Below, in pieces: positions 28,581 through 37,972 of a stretch of 64,000 nt of DNA; the stretch's first letter is position 1, and each line of letters begins with the position of its first letter. The notes under the pieces are model-generated. The model had not been told where the DNA came from. It searched no databases and saw only the letters and a list, made by a program, of their open reading frames with translations. The translations under genes were made by a program, and so were the position numbers. The stretch is from an uncultured Gemmatimonadaceae bacterium (GTDB lineage: Bacteria; Gemmatimonadota; Gemmatimonadetes; Gemmatimonadales; Gemmatimonadaceae). Location: the NCBI GenBank assembly GCA_963761305.1, contig CAVXGK010000001.1:1440001-1504000 (forward strand). The letters run 5' to 3'.

Positions 28581-30258
28581 ACACTCGCATCCGGCGCTCG
28601 CGCCGCTCCAGCAGTCGACGGTTACGTACCGCCCGGACGACGAGGTCGACTTCGTCGTCGTCGGATCCGGCGCCGCCGGCGGCGTCGTCGCGAAAGAACT
28701 GTCGACGGCGGGATTCCGCGTCGTCGTGCTCGAGCAAGGACCGTGGCGGTCCGAAAAGGACTTCGTGCACGACGAGATCAAGATGTTCAACCAGAGTGCG
28801 CTGTCGAACGACTGGCAGGTCTCGCCGAACACGTTTCGCAAAACGGAAAAGGACAAAGCCGAGAAGCGCCCGTGCCTCGTCTACGCCCGCGGCGTCGGCG
28901 GGACGAGCGTTCACTTTTCGGCGAACTTCTGGCGATTTCGCGAGATCGACTTCAAGGAAGCGAGCGTGAAGGGTCCGCTGGCCGGCACCGGGTTCGCCGA
29001 CTGGCCCGTCACGTACCAGGATCTCGAGCCGTACTACACGAAAGTGGATTGGGAAGTCGGCGTCGCCGGCGCGCCCGGACCGTTCGATCCGCCGCGCTCG
29101 CGGCCGTATCCGATGCCGGCGCATCCGCCCAAGTCCACCGGCGTACTGCTCGAGAAGGGCGCTCGAAAGTTGGGCTACAAGCCCTTCCCCGCGCCGATGG
29201 CGATCGCGTCCAAGCCATACAACGGACGCTCGCAGTGCGTGCAATGCGGATTCTGCGAAGGGTTCGGGTGTGAGGTCCGCGCGAAGTCGAGCTCGCTCGT
29301 CACCGTGATTCCAAAGGCCGTTGCCACCGGCCGCTGCGAAATCCGCACGAATTCGTACGCGCGCAAAATCGAAACCGACGCGAAGGGACGCGCCACCGGC
29401 GTGAAGTACTTCGACGCCGACAAGAAGGAAGTCTTCCAGCGCGCGAAAGCCGTCGTCGTTTGCGCCAACGGCGCCGAGACGCCGCGGCTGCTCTTGAATT
29501 CCAAATCGAATCTTTTTCCGAACGGACTCGCCAACTCGAGCGGCGTGGTCGGCAAGTATCTCATGCCGAACGGCGCCGGGTTGGCGGTTGGCGTGTTCGA
29601 TCACGAGGTCAACGGCTACAAGGGCATCGTCGCGACGCGCGTCGTGTGGGATTTGTACGAGCTCGACCCGAAGCTCGGCTTGGTCGGCGGCGGCGGGTTC
29701 GACTATCGATTCGACATCACGCCGATCCAGTTCGCGTCGGACTCGGGACTTCCGCCCAAGGCTCCGCGATGGGGCAAGGAGTACAAGCGCTGGGTCGCGC
29801 AGACCTACACGCGCTCGGTGCTCTGCTTCGGCCACACCACGTCACTGCCCGTCGAGACGAACAGCATCTCGCTCGACCCGACGGTCAAGGACGCGTGGGG
29901 CGTGCCGGCGATCCGCATGACCTACTCGGATCATCCGCAGGATCTCAAACTCTACAAATACTTCACCGAGCGCAGCGAAGAGTTGCTGCATGCGTCGGGC
30001 GCGGCGCAGACGTGGCAGCTGCCTGTCGAGAGCACCGAGTTCGCCGTACACCTGCTCGGCACGTGCCGCATGGGGAACGACCCCAAGACGTCGGTCGTCG
30101 ACAAATACAACCGCGCGCACGACGTGAGGAATCTGTTCATCGTCGACGGGTCGAGCCTCGTCACCAGCGGCCGCGGCCAGCCGACGATGACGATTCAGGC
30201 GCTGGCGTTTCGCGCGGGTGACAACATCGCGCAGTTCGCCAAGCGCCGAGAGATCTAG
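28573..30258 (+). CDS. GMC-family oxidoreductase flavoprotein subunit
   Basis: VVVGSGAAGG FAD motif, CVQCGFCEGFGC cluster motif, HLLGTCRMG, PTMTIQALA. Overlaps the subunit-3 stop. Confidence 0.92.
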   Translation: MSEHSHPALAPLQQSTVTYRPDDEVDFVVVGSGAAGGVVAKELSTAGFRVVVLEQGPWRSEKDFVHDEIKMFNQSALSNDWQVSPNTFRKTEKDKAEKRPCLVYARGVGGTSVHFSANFWRFREIDFKEASVKGPLAGTGFADWPVTYQDLEPYYTKVDWEVGVAGAPGPFDPPRSRPYPMPAHPPKSTGVLLEKGARKLGYKPFPAPMAIASKPYNGRSQCVQCGFCEGFGCEVRAKSSSLVTVIPKAVATGRCEIRTNSYARKIETDAKGRATGVKYFDADKKEVFQRAKAVVVCANGAETPRLLLNSKSNLFPNGLANSSGVVGKYLMPNGAGLAVGVFDHEVNGYKGIVATRVVWDLYELDPKLGLVGGGGFDYRFDITPIQFASDSGLPPKAPRWGKEYKRWVAQTYTRSVLCFGHTTSLPVETNSISLDPTVKDAWGVPAIRMTYSDHPQDLKLYKYFTERSEELLHASGAAQTWQLPVESTEFAVHLLGTCRMGNDPKTSVVDKYNRAHDVRNLFIVDGSSLVTSGRGQPTMTIQALAFRAGDNIAQFAKRREI

Positions 30259-30261
30259 AGG

Positions 30262-30295
30262 CCGAGTGCGGAGTGCGGGGTGCGGAGTGCGGAGA
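30262..30295. repeat. Heptamer microsatellite (GAGTGCG)x4
   Basis: gagtgcg gagtgcg gggtgcg gagtgcg gag, between convergent genes. Confidence 0.8.
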
Positions 30296-30306
30296 CGCGC
30301 GATCAG

Positions 30307-31773
30307 TTACGGCGCCGAGCGCGGGATCGGTGCGTCGCGCATCGCCGCGTTGTAGGCGAACGTCGCGAACACCGTCGCGGCCTGCGCCACTTCCTCCGGC
30401 GTCATGCGTTCCATCGTGTCCATGTTCGTGTGATGGATGCGCACGTCGTAGGTCGAGAATTCCTGCACCGGATTAAAACCCGGCACGCCGACGGCGATGA
30501 AGCTCAGATGGTCGGTGTTGCCGATGCCGGCGTGCAGATTTCGTTTGGCGCCGACGTCCTTGAACGGCTCGAGCCATTGATCGAAGATCGACTTCGCGGC
30601 TTCGTTGCCCTGGGCATAGAAGCCGTACACGCGCCCGTATCCGGGATCGATGTTGAAGTAGACGTCGAACTTGTCGCGCGCCGCTTTGTTCGCGTCGCCG
30701 GCGAGATGCTGCGCGACCCAAGCGCGTGAGCCGTAGAGCCCTTCTTCTTCGCCGCCCCACAGCGCGACGCGAATCGTGCGGCGTGGACGGGCGCCGACGG
30801 CCTTGAGAATGCGCATCGCTTCGAGCACGGTCGCCACACCGTCGGCGTTGTCGGTGGCGCCGGTGGCGGAGGCCCACGAGTCGAGGTGGCCGCCCATCAT
30901 GACGACCTCGTCCTTGAGGGCCGGGTCAGAACCCGGCAGTTCAGCAATGACGTTGTAGCCGCTCGTGTCGGCCGTGAAGTACTTGGCGTCTATCTGAACG
31001 CGCACCTTGACGGGTACGTGGTCCTGTAAGAGACGGATGATGTTGTTGTAGTTCTCGCCCGCCACGACGACCGACGGCACCGCGTTCGCGCCCACGTCGC
31101 GCGTCTGCACGAAGATCGTGCCGTGTTCGCCTCGGCTCGTCTTGAGCACCGCGCCGACGCCCGCGTCGTGCAGGATCGTCTGGATCTTCTGCGCTTCGCT
31201 GGGTCCGCCGCCACGTCCGCCTCCCCGCCCGCCGCCGACCGGCGGAATCGGCGTGTAGACGTCCATCTTCGGGTCGAACGGGTCGGTGCGATCCTCACGA
31301 ATGAAGTTCGTCATCATCGGCTGGCTGAGGACGATCGCGCCCTTGAGCACGCCGCGCATCTTCTCCAGCGAGTCGGACGAGATGCCGGCGATGAGAATCG
31401 GCGTGCCGACGATGTCGCCATGCGTCGGCGCGGACCAGGCGTCGGGATAGCCGATCATCGGGGCAAACCGCGGCGACGTCATCTCGAGCGTGTAGTTTTC
31501 GAGCTCCCATCCGCGCCCGAACGGCCATGACTCAATGTGGACGTCGGCCAGTCCCCACGACGACAGATGATCGCGCGCCCACGTCGCGGCCCGCATGAAC
31601 GCGGGCGACGCAGTGAGCCGAGGACCGATCACCGTCGCCAACGTGTCGACCATCGACCAGGCGTGAGAGTTCTTCAGGCCTTCGTCGCGGATCTTGGTGA
31701 GAACCGGGTCGGGGGCTGGCTGTTGAGCGGCCAGCGTGAGCGGAGTGGCGAGGAGCCAGACGAGAGAGCGCAT
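30307..31773 (-). CDS. M28-family metallopeptidase (carboxypeptidase Q-like)
   Basis: Signal peptide; GPRLTAS, GGHLDSW, GATDNADG, WGGEEEGLYGS, TDHLSF, HHTNMD. Confidence 0.92.
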   Translation of the reverse strand: MRSLVWLLATPLTLAAQQPAPDPVLTKIRDEGLKNSHAWSMVDTLATVIGPRLTASPAFMRAATWARDHLSSWGLADVHIESWPFGRGWELENYTLEMTSPRFAPMIGYPDAWSAPTHGDIVGTPILIAGISSDSLEKMRGVLKGAIVLSQPMMTNFIREDRTDPFDPKMDVYTPIPPVGGGRGGGRGGGPSEAQKIQTILHDAGVGAVLKTSRGEHGTIFVQTRDVGANAVPSVVVAGENYNNIIRLLQDHVPVKVRVQIDAKYFTADTSGYNVIAELPGSDPALKDEVVMMGGHLDSWASATGATDNADGVATVLEAMRILKAVGARPRRTIRVALWGGEEEGLYGSRAWVAQHLAGDANKAARDKFDVYFNIDPGYGRVYGFYAQGNEAAKSIFDQWLEPFKDVGAKRNLHAGIGNTDHLSFIAVGVPGFNPVQEFSTYDVRIHHTNMDTMERMTPEEVAQAATVFATFAYNAAMRDAPIPRSAP

Positions 31774-32204
31774 GAGCCGAGAGGCGAAGGTGACGAACGG
31801 CGAGGGCAACGAAGAGCGAAGCTAACGAAGCGCGAGGATAACAAACCCCGAGAACGGCGAGGCGGCGAGAGGGGGCGGGAAGACGCGTCGCGCCGCGTCT
31901 CGGACGTGGGTGGCTCCAAGCGGAGAGATCTTAGCCCCGACCCTTTTCCAGACCGGTCGCCGCGCCAACTGGAATCGAATGTCGCAGGACGTCACGATGA
32001 CTTGGAAATTCGTGTTACACCGCGCGCGGAATTCTCAAGATTCGCGCGACCTCGCTTGCACGCTTTCGCACCAAACGTTAGGATAGGCGCCCACGCCTCG
32101 GTGGCGTTTCATCGCCGGAACTCGTCTTCCGGATAAGCGCCCGGGTCGTTCTCCCTGATCGACCACCTCTCTCCGTCGCCCGATGTTGGGCGGTCCCCTC
32201 GAGT

Positions 32205-32963
32205 ATGCGGCGCGCAGCCCTCTCCGTACTCACGCTCGCTTTCGTGCTCTGCCTCAGCAACGTCGACGCCACGGATCCAGGTCCGCTGGCCCTGCGAGTC
32301 CGGCACCGCGACAGCGCCGCCGGCTCACTCGTTTCATCGTCACCGCGCGTGAGCGAGACGATGGACGCGGCCGCGTTCAGTCTCTCGGACGGCGATCTCG
32401 CCGACGTGAGACGACGCGTGCGGAACGAACAGGCGGGCACCTACATCGGAGACATCCTTCTCGAGCGCGACTCGTCGCTCGCACGGTGGCCGGACCGCGA
32501 CGGCATTCCATTGTCCGTCTGGATCCAGCCCACCTCCCGCGTCCACGACTTCTCGAAGGCGTTCGTCGGGCGGGTCCGCGCCGCGTTCGAAGAGTGGGAC
32601 GCGTTGCAACTGCCCCTGCGTTTCACGTTCGTCGATGACTCGGCCGACGCCGAGGTTCACGTGGCGTGGATCGACCGCTTCCACGAGCCGATCAGCGGGC
32701 GGACCCGTTGGGCCCGCGACGACAATTGGGCGATCACGGACGCGAACATCACCCTCGCCGTCCACCACAATCAGGGCGAGCTCCTCGAGGACGACGCGAT
32801 GCAGGCGATGGCCCTCCACGAGATCGGGCATCTGCTCGGCCTCGACCACACCACCGACACGACGAGCATCATGGCACCGCGAGTGCGCGTGCGCGCGTTG
32901 TCGGCTGCCGACCGCGCAACGGCTCGACTTCTCTACGCGCTGCCGGCGGGACCGATTCGGTAG
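32205..32963 (+). CDS. Matrixin-family (M10) metalloprotease
   Basis: HEIGHLLGLDH zinc motif plus Met-turn SIMAP. Confidence 0.88.
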   Translation: MRRAALSVLTLAFVLCLSNVDATDPGPLALRVRHRDSAAGSLVSSSPRVSETMDAAAFSLSDGDLADVRRRVRNEQAGTYIGDILLERDSSLARWPDRDGIPLSVWIQPTSRVHDFSKAFVGRVRAAFEEWDALQLPLRFTFVDDSADAEVHVAWIDRFHEPISGRTRWARDDNWAITDANITLAVHHNQGELLEDDAMQAMALHEIGHLLGLDHTTDTTSIMAPRVRVRALSAADRATARLLYALPAGPIR

Positions 32964-32966
32964 TTC

Positions 32967-33797
32967 GTGCGACGCGCTGACGGGCTGCTATTGGTGGTCG
33001 TCGGCGCGTTCGGTGCGTTCGTCGCCACGCAGCTCGCCGATCGCTGGACGAGCTCCGGGCCACAGCGCGTGGCGGAACTGGCCGACGCCAGCGGCGGATA
33101 CAACCTGCCGAAGCAGCGCCAGCCGGAGCAGACTCTTCAGCCGGATGACAATCAACGCGCCGACGTGGCGTCGACGGTCGTGTCGACGGGCGTGAGTCCC
33201 ACACCGCTACCCGCCAAGCGCGACGCCGAGGACGTTCTGTCGCGCATCAATTCGGCGACCGACACGTACATGCCGGACATGCTGCTCGATCTCCATGGCG
33301 TGCTGATCCGCTGGCCTGACCATCGAGAGCAGGCGCTGCGCGTCTGGGTGCAATCGGGCACCGACATTCGCGACTGGGATCTCCGCTACGCCCAAGTCGC
33401 GCGCGAGGCATTCGCCGACTGGGCGTCCGATGACGTGCCGCTGCGATTCGACTTCGTCATCGACTCGGCCACCTCGGACGTGCACATCTCGTGGATCGAC
33501 AAGTTTCCGCCGTCGGACGGGATGCGCGTCGGGTTCACGAAGCGCATCACAGACAGGAACGGCTGGATCGTGAACACGGACATCGTCGTCGCCGTCCACG
33601 ACAGCGCCGGTACGATGATTCGTCCGTGGGACATCGCCGGCATCGTGCGCCACGAAGCAGGGCACGCGCTCGGGCTCGGCCACTCTCGCGATCCGCACAC
33701 CAAGATGTACCCGACGGAGATGGTGCACGACATCTCGCCGTCGGACCGCGCGACGCTGCGGTTGCTCTACCAGTTGTCACCGGGCGCGGTCAGGTAA
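32967..33797 (+). CDS. Matrixin-family (M10) metalloprotease
   Basis: HEAGHALGLGH plus KMYP Met-turn; paralog of the upstream gene (both end DRATxRLLYxLxxG). Confidence 0.88.
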   Translation: MRRADGLLLVVVGAFGAFVATQLADRWTSSGPQRVAELADASGGYNLPKQRQPEQTLQPDDNQRADVASTVVSTGVSPTPLPAKRDAEDVLSRINSATDTYMPDMLLDLHGVLIRWPDHREQALRVWVQSGTDIRDWDLRYAQVAREAFADWASDDVPLRFDFVIDSATSDVHISWIDKFPPSDGMRVGFTKRITDRNGWIVNTDIVVAVHDSAGTMIRPWDIAGIVRHEAGHALGLGHSRDPHTKMYPTEMVHDISPSDRATLRLLYQLSPGAVR

Positions 33798-33822
33798 TTC
33801 GCTCGCCGCGCGCGAGCGCGGC

Positions 33823-34968
33823 TCAGGGCAGTTCGGGCCAGGAGACCGTGAGCTTCCGGACCTTCTGCTGCCGAACGACCTGGAGATCCACCGAGCGGTC
33901 GGCCAGGCGACGCCCAACCGCATTCCGCAGCTCGCCAAGCGTGGTCACGGAGTCGTCGTCCGCGGTGACGATGACGTCGCCGCTGCGGAGCCCGGCGCGA
34001 AACGCCGGCGTGCCTTCCGGCACGGCGTTGACGAGCACGCCCTTCCTGATCTTGAGAGCCTTGGCGAGGTCTTCGCCGACGTTCGAGAGGCTCGCGCCGA
34101 ACAATCCGTTCGGCGAAAGGAAAAAGATCCGTTGACCGGCGAGCGCTCCGACTGTGTTGTCGAAACCGGCGCGGCCACCCATCCCACCGGCGAGCGCGCC
34201 GCGCGCCGCGCGGAACGTTCCGCCGCCCACCGAGGGTCCTTCACCGTCGCCGTCCCCGTCGGCAACCACGACGCCCGGACCCGGGAACCCGATGCGGAAA
34301 GCCTTTCCCATGTCTGCGCGGCGACGCGCGACCTCTTCCGGCGCCATGGCGACCGTGAGGGCATAGTTCCGCACTTCGCCGTCGCGGCGCACGGTGACTT
34401 CGACGTGTTTCCGCGGCGCGAGAATCTCGTTGAAGTTGAAGTCGTGGTTGATCAGGTCCACGCCGTTGTACCCGACGAGCAGGTCACCCGGTTCGATCCC
34501 GGCGCGATCGGCAGGCGAGCCGGGATCGACCGAGATGATCGGCTGATAGGCGAAGAAGCGATATCGAGTACCGGAGCTGTCGCTGATTATCAGCGACGGC
34601 CCCTGCGTGTTGAACCCGATCCAGCCCTTGGCGACGGGAATTGCGCGGAGCATCATCGCCGGCGGTCCCACGATGCCGCCGCGCATTACACCGAACCGCT
34701 TGTTCACGCTGCTCGCGATGAGCGTATCGAGCTGCGACGTCAGCATGATCCACGCGGTATTTCCCGGGCGCTCTTGTACGATCTTCGCCGCGATGAAGGC
34801 AATCGAATCCATGCGCCCCGGCAGGATGATGACGCGCTGCGTCACGGTCGAATCGCGACGCGCGGGACCGGCGCCGACACCCTGCGCCCGCGCCAGGCCG
34901 GCAACCGAGAGCACGGCGGCCGCGGCGCCGCCCAGAGTTTTCGTCAGGTTCTTCGAGGCGTTCGACAT
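33823..34968 (-). CDS. Exported protein with two PDZ domains
   Basis: Signal peptide; SVDPGSPADRAGIEPGDLL and AVPEGTPAFRAGLRSGDVI. Confidence 0.85.
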   Translation of the reverse strand: MSNASKNLTKTLGGAAAAVLSVAGLARAQGVGAGPARRDSTVTQRVIILPGRMDSIAFIAAKIVQERPGNTAWIMLTSQLDTLIASSVNKRFGVMRGGIVGPPAMMLRAIPVAKGWIGFNTQGPSLIISDSSGTRYRFFAYQPIISVDPGSPADRAGIEPGDLLVGYNGVDLINHDFNFNEILAPRKHVEVTVRRDGEVRNYALTVAMAPEEVARRRADMGKAFRIGFPGPGVVVADGDGDGEGPSVGGGTFRAARGALAGGMGGRAGFDNTVGALAGQRIFFLSPNGLFGASLSNVGEDLAKALKIRKGVLVNAVPEGTPAFRAGLRSGDVIVTADDDSVTTLGELRNAVGRRLADRSVDLQVVRQQKVRKLTVSWPELP

Positions 34969-34990
34969 CGCAACTCTACTCGTCTGTCCG

Positions 34991-35695
34991 TCAGTAATTG
35001 ATGAGGCGCATACTCGCCGGCGCCGCCGTGTTGATCATGCGGAGCGTGGCTTCGCGTTGTCCGACCGTCGTCAGGTAGTAGCCGTTGATGACGGGATCGT
35101 ACGGCGCTTCGGTGAGAGCCTGGTTCAGCACCTGCTGCGTGCGGTCCAGCGCGGCCAGACGCGTGCGCATCGCCGCCGGGCTGTCGATCTCCCGGCTGGT
35201 GGTGTCGTGCTGCGCGAGATACGCGGTGGCGTTCTGATAGAGCATCTGTGATTGCGTCTGCGCGGCGCGGGCTTCGTCGAGCGTCTGGAACCGCGGCGCC
35301 GAATCGATCTGCGCCACTCGGCTCGGCGACGACGACGCGCCGTCGCTAGCCGGCACGCCGGCCGAGAACCGTCCCGCCGCTACGCCTCCGGCAACCAGGG
35401 CGACCGCCGCGGCGGCTTGCAGCCAACCGGACTGCGGGCGGCGCGACCGCGAGACGAGACCGCTGCCCCGCCCCGTGTCGATGACGCCGTCGGCGAGCAG
35501 CGCCGGTCTCAGCGACTCCCAGTTCGTGAGCGGCGCGCCAATGCTGCGCGAGACCCCGGCGGCGAGCTGGCCGAGCTCGCGATGGACGGCACGTTCGCGC
35601 GAACAGTCGGCGCAGCCCGTGAGGTGGGCGAGCTCCGCCGCCGTCGGCGGCTCGTCGGCCAGGGCCGCAAGGCGTTCAGGTGACAGGTGCGACAT
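34991..35695 (-). CDS. Zinc-finger anti-sigma factor
   Basis: HLSPERL...HLTGCADC and a single TM; start overlaps the sigma 3' end. Confidence 0.8.
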   Translation of the reverse strand: MSHLSPERLAALADEPPTAAELAHLTGCADCSRERAVHRELGQLAAGVSRSIGAPLTNWESLRPALLADGVIDTGRGSGLVSRSRRPQSGWLQAAAAVALVAGGVAAGRFSAGVPASDGASSSPSRVAQIDSAPRFQTLDEARAAQTQSQMLYQNATAYLAQHDTTSREIDSPAAMRTRLAALDRTQQVLNQALTEAPYDPVINGYYLTTVGQREATLRMINTAAPASMRLINY

Positions 35696-36290
35696 GATCG
35701 GCTTCCTTGCTCGATAATCTGATATCTCTAATGGATTCCGAATCGACCAGGTGCGCGAGCAGTTTGCGCAGCTTGGTACGAGCCTTGAATAGTTGCGACT
35801 TGGATCCGCCGGTAGTGATTCCCAGCTCGGCGGCGATCTCTTCGTGCGTATACCCCTCGACATCGTGCATCAGAAACACGGTCCGTGCTCCCGGCGACAG
35901 CTTGGCGGCGGCTTCGTCGATCGACTGCGCGACAAAGGTGCGGTCGGTGTCCGGCTCGCTCACCGCGCTGTCCTCCTCGACCTCGGTTTCGATCGAGGCC
36001 AGCCGGCGCGTCTTGCGAAGCGCGTTCAGCGTCCGGTTGACCGCAATGCGGTGCGCCCACGTGCCGAACTGGGCGTCGCCGCGGTAGCTCGGCAGGGCTC
36101 GGAAGATCTGAATCCAGACCTCCTGGGCGATGTCGGCCGCCAGATCGAGATCGGGCCCGACCAGCCGGCGAACGACCATGTCGATGTGGGGCGCGTGCCG
36201 GGTCCACAGCGCCCGAAGCGCCGCCTCATCGCCGTTGATGGCCCGCCGAATGGTCGAGAGCTCGTGGTCCATGTGCGAAGAGTAGGTCAC
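35676..36290 (-). CDS. ECF RNA polymerase sigma factor
   Basis: DIAQEVWIQIF, FGTWAHRIAVN, LSPGARTVFLMHDVEGYTHEEIA, SKSQLFKAR. Start may be 36272. Confidence 0.92.
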   Translation of the reverse strand: MTYSSHMDHELSTIRRAINGDEAALRALWTRHAPHIDMVVRRLVGPDLDLAADIAQEVWIQIFRALPSYRGDAQFGTWAHRIAVNRTLNALRKTRRLASIETEVEEDSAVSEPDTDRTFVAQSIDEAAAKLSPGARTVFLMHDVEGYTHEEIAAELGITTGGSKSQLFKARTKLRKLLAHLVDSESIRDIRLSSKEADHVAPVT

Positions 36291-36615
36291 TGCCGAGCCG
36301 TCGAAGGTTTACGAATCCGCGCTCGGAAATCCGGCTCGTCTTTGTCCGATGTCGGCGTGGGGCAACCGCAAGCAGCGTCGTTACATCCCGTTATAACCTG
36401 TCGTCCTGCAACAGATCGGTACAATACGTCAAATTGCACCCTTGCGCTGGGGGAACATTCAGGCAATTGTGACGTACCCCACCTGGATCGGCCTAACCTG
36501 GGGTACCTACCTACGGCCGATACTTGGAGAAAAGACAATCCGTAGCTGGTTGCATACGACCTCGGCCGGTTCCGGACGAAGTCGTTGACGCTTTTGTCGG
36601 CCTCAACCCGTAGGT

Positions 36616-37899
36616 GTGTCGGTGCTTCTCCTTCTCGTTTCCGCGTTCCTCGCGTCGCACGACGGCGGCGGCCTTCCCATGAAGGCCCCCAAGAGCGTCG
36701 GCATGTCCAGCCAGCGGCTGGCGGTCGTCGATCGCGTCGTCCAGCGCGGGATTTCCGCCGGCGGCTATCCGGGGGCTGCGGTCGTGATCGGCCGCCGGGG
36801 CGCCGCCGTGTGGGAGAAGGGATTCGGGAAGCTGAGCTGGGAACGCAACAGTTCACCGGTTACCGCCGACCACACGATCTACGACCTCGCCTCGCTGACC
36901 AAGGTCGTCGGGACCACGTCCGCCCTCATGGTTCTGTTCGACGAGGGCAAGGTCTCGCTCGACGATCCGGTCTCGAAGTACGTACCCGATTTTTCGGGCG
37001 GCGAAAAGGACCGCGTCACGGTCCGCATGCTCCTCGAGCACCGGTCCGGCCTGCCGCCGGGACGCGACCTCTGGCGCATCGCCTCGACGCCGGCTGAAGC
37101 GCGCGAAGCGGTCATCCAGACGCCGCTCGCCTGCGAGCCCGGCCGCTGCTACGAGTACTCCGATCTGGGCGCCGACATGCTCGGCTTCGTCGTCGAAGCC
37201 GCGGCCGGCGAGCCGCTCGATCAGTTCGTTCACGAGCGCGTGTTCGCGCCGCTCGGCATGAACGACACGTTCTTCCGTCCCGCCGATTCGCTCAAGTCGC
37301 GCATCGCGCCCACGGAAGTCGCTCCTCCGCGCGGTTACCCGCTCCAGGGCGAGGTCCACGACGAGAACGCCTTCGCGCTCGGCGGCGTCGCCGGGCACGC
37401 GGGCTTGTTCAGCACGGCTGCCGACCTCTCGATCTTCGCGCAGATGATGCTCAACGGCGGCGAGTACGAGGGCACACGCCTCTTCGCCGACTCGACCGTC
37501 GCGCTCTTCACCAAACGCGCTGCCGGTACGCGCGCGCTCGGCTGGGACACCTGCGGCGGCGAAGGCAGCTGCGGCGACCACCTCGGCGAAGACGCCTACG
37601 GCCACACGGGCTTCACGGGCACGTCGCTCTGGATCGATCCCGACCGCGACATGTTCGTCATCCTGCTGACGAATCGCGTGCACGAAGCCCGCGCCAAGCG
37701 TCCGGCGAAGGTCATCGCCGACGTCCGCGCCGACCTCTCGGACGCCGCGGCACTCGCGGTGACGGACTACGGCACGCCGCCCGCCATGCCGGCCAGCTTC
37801 CGCGCCGACAAGGCCGTCGGCTGGAACCGCCCGATCCACACCGCGCGCCACCACTCGAAGAAGCAGACGGTGAAGAAACCGAGCGCGGCGAAGAAATAG
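36616..37899 (+). CDS. Serine hydrolase, beta-lactamase class C-like family
   Basis: ASLTK (SxxK), YSD, GEVHDENA, GHAGLFS, GHTGFTGTS. Confidence 0.9.
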   Translation: MSVLLLLVSAFLASHDGGGLPMKAPKSVGMSSQRLAVVDRVVQRGISAGGYPGAAVVIGRRGAAVWEKGFGKLSWERNSSPVTADHTIYDLASLTKVVGTTSALMVLFDEGKVSLDDPVSKYVPDFSGGEKDRVTVRMLLEHRSGLPPGRDLWRIASTPAEAREAVIQTPLACEPGRCYEYSDLGADMLGFVVEAAAGEPLDQFVHERVFAPLGMNDTFFRPADSLKSRIAPTEVAPPRGYPLQGEVHDENAFALGGVAGHAGLFSTAADLSIFAQMMLNGGEYEGTRLFADSTVALFTKRAAGTRALGWDTCGGEGSCGDHLGEDAYGHTGFTGTSLWIDPDRDMFVILLTNRVHEARAKRPAKVIADVRADLSDAAALAVTDYGTPPAMPASFRADKAVGWNRPIHTARHHSKKQTVKKPSAAKK

Positions 37900-37972
37900 G
37901 TAGACCGGTGGATCGGAAACACCTGCGGCGACGCTAAACGCGTCGCCGTTTTGTTTACTCGGCTCGCGCAGC

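Noticed and set aside
36616..37899. Antibiotic-resistance beta-lactamase
   Set aside because: YSD, EVHDENA and GHTGFTG fit the broad serine hydrolase/esterase group; resistance cannot be inferred.
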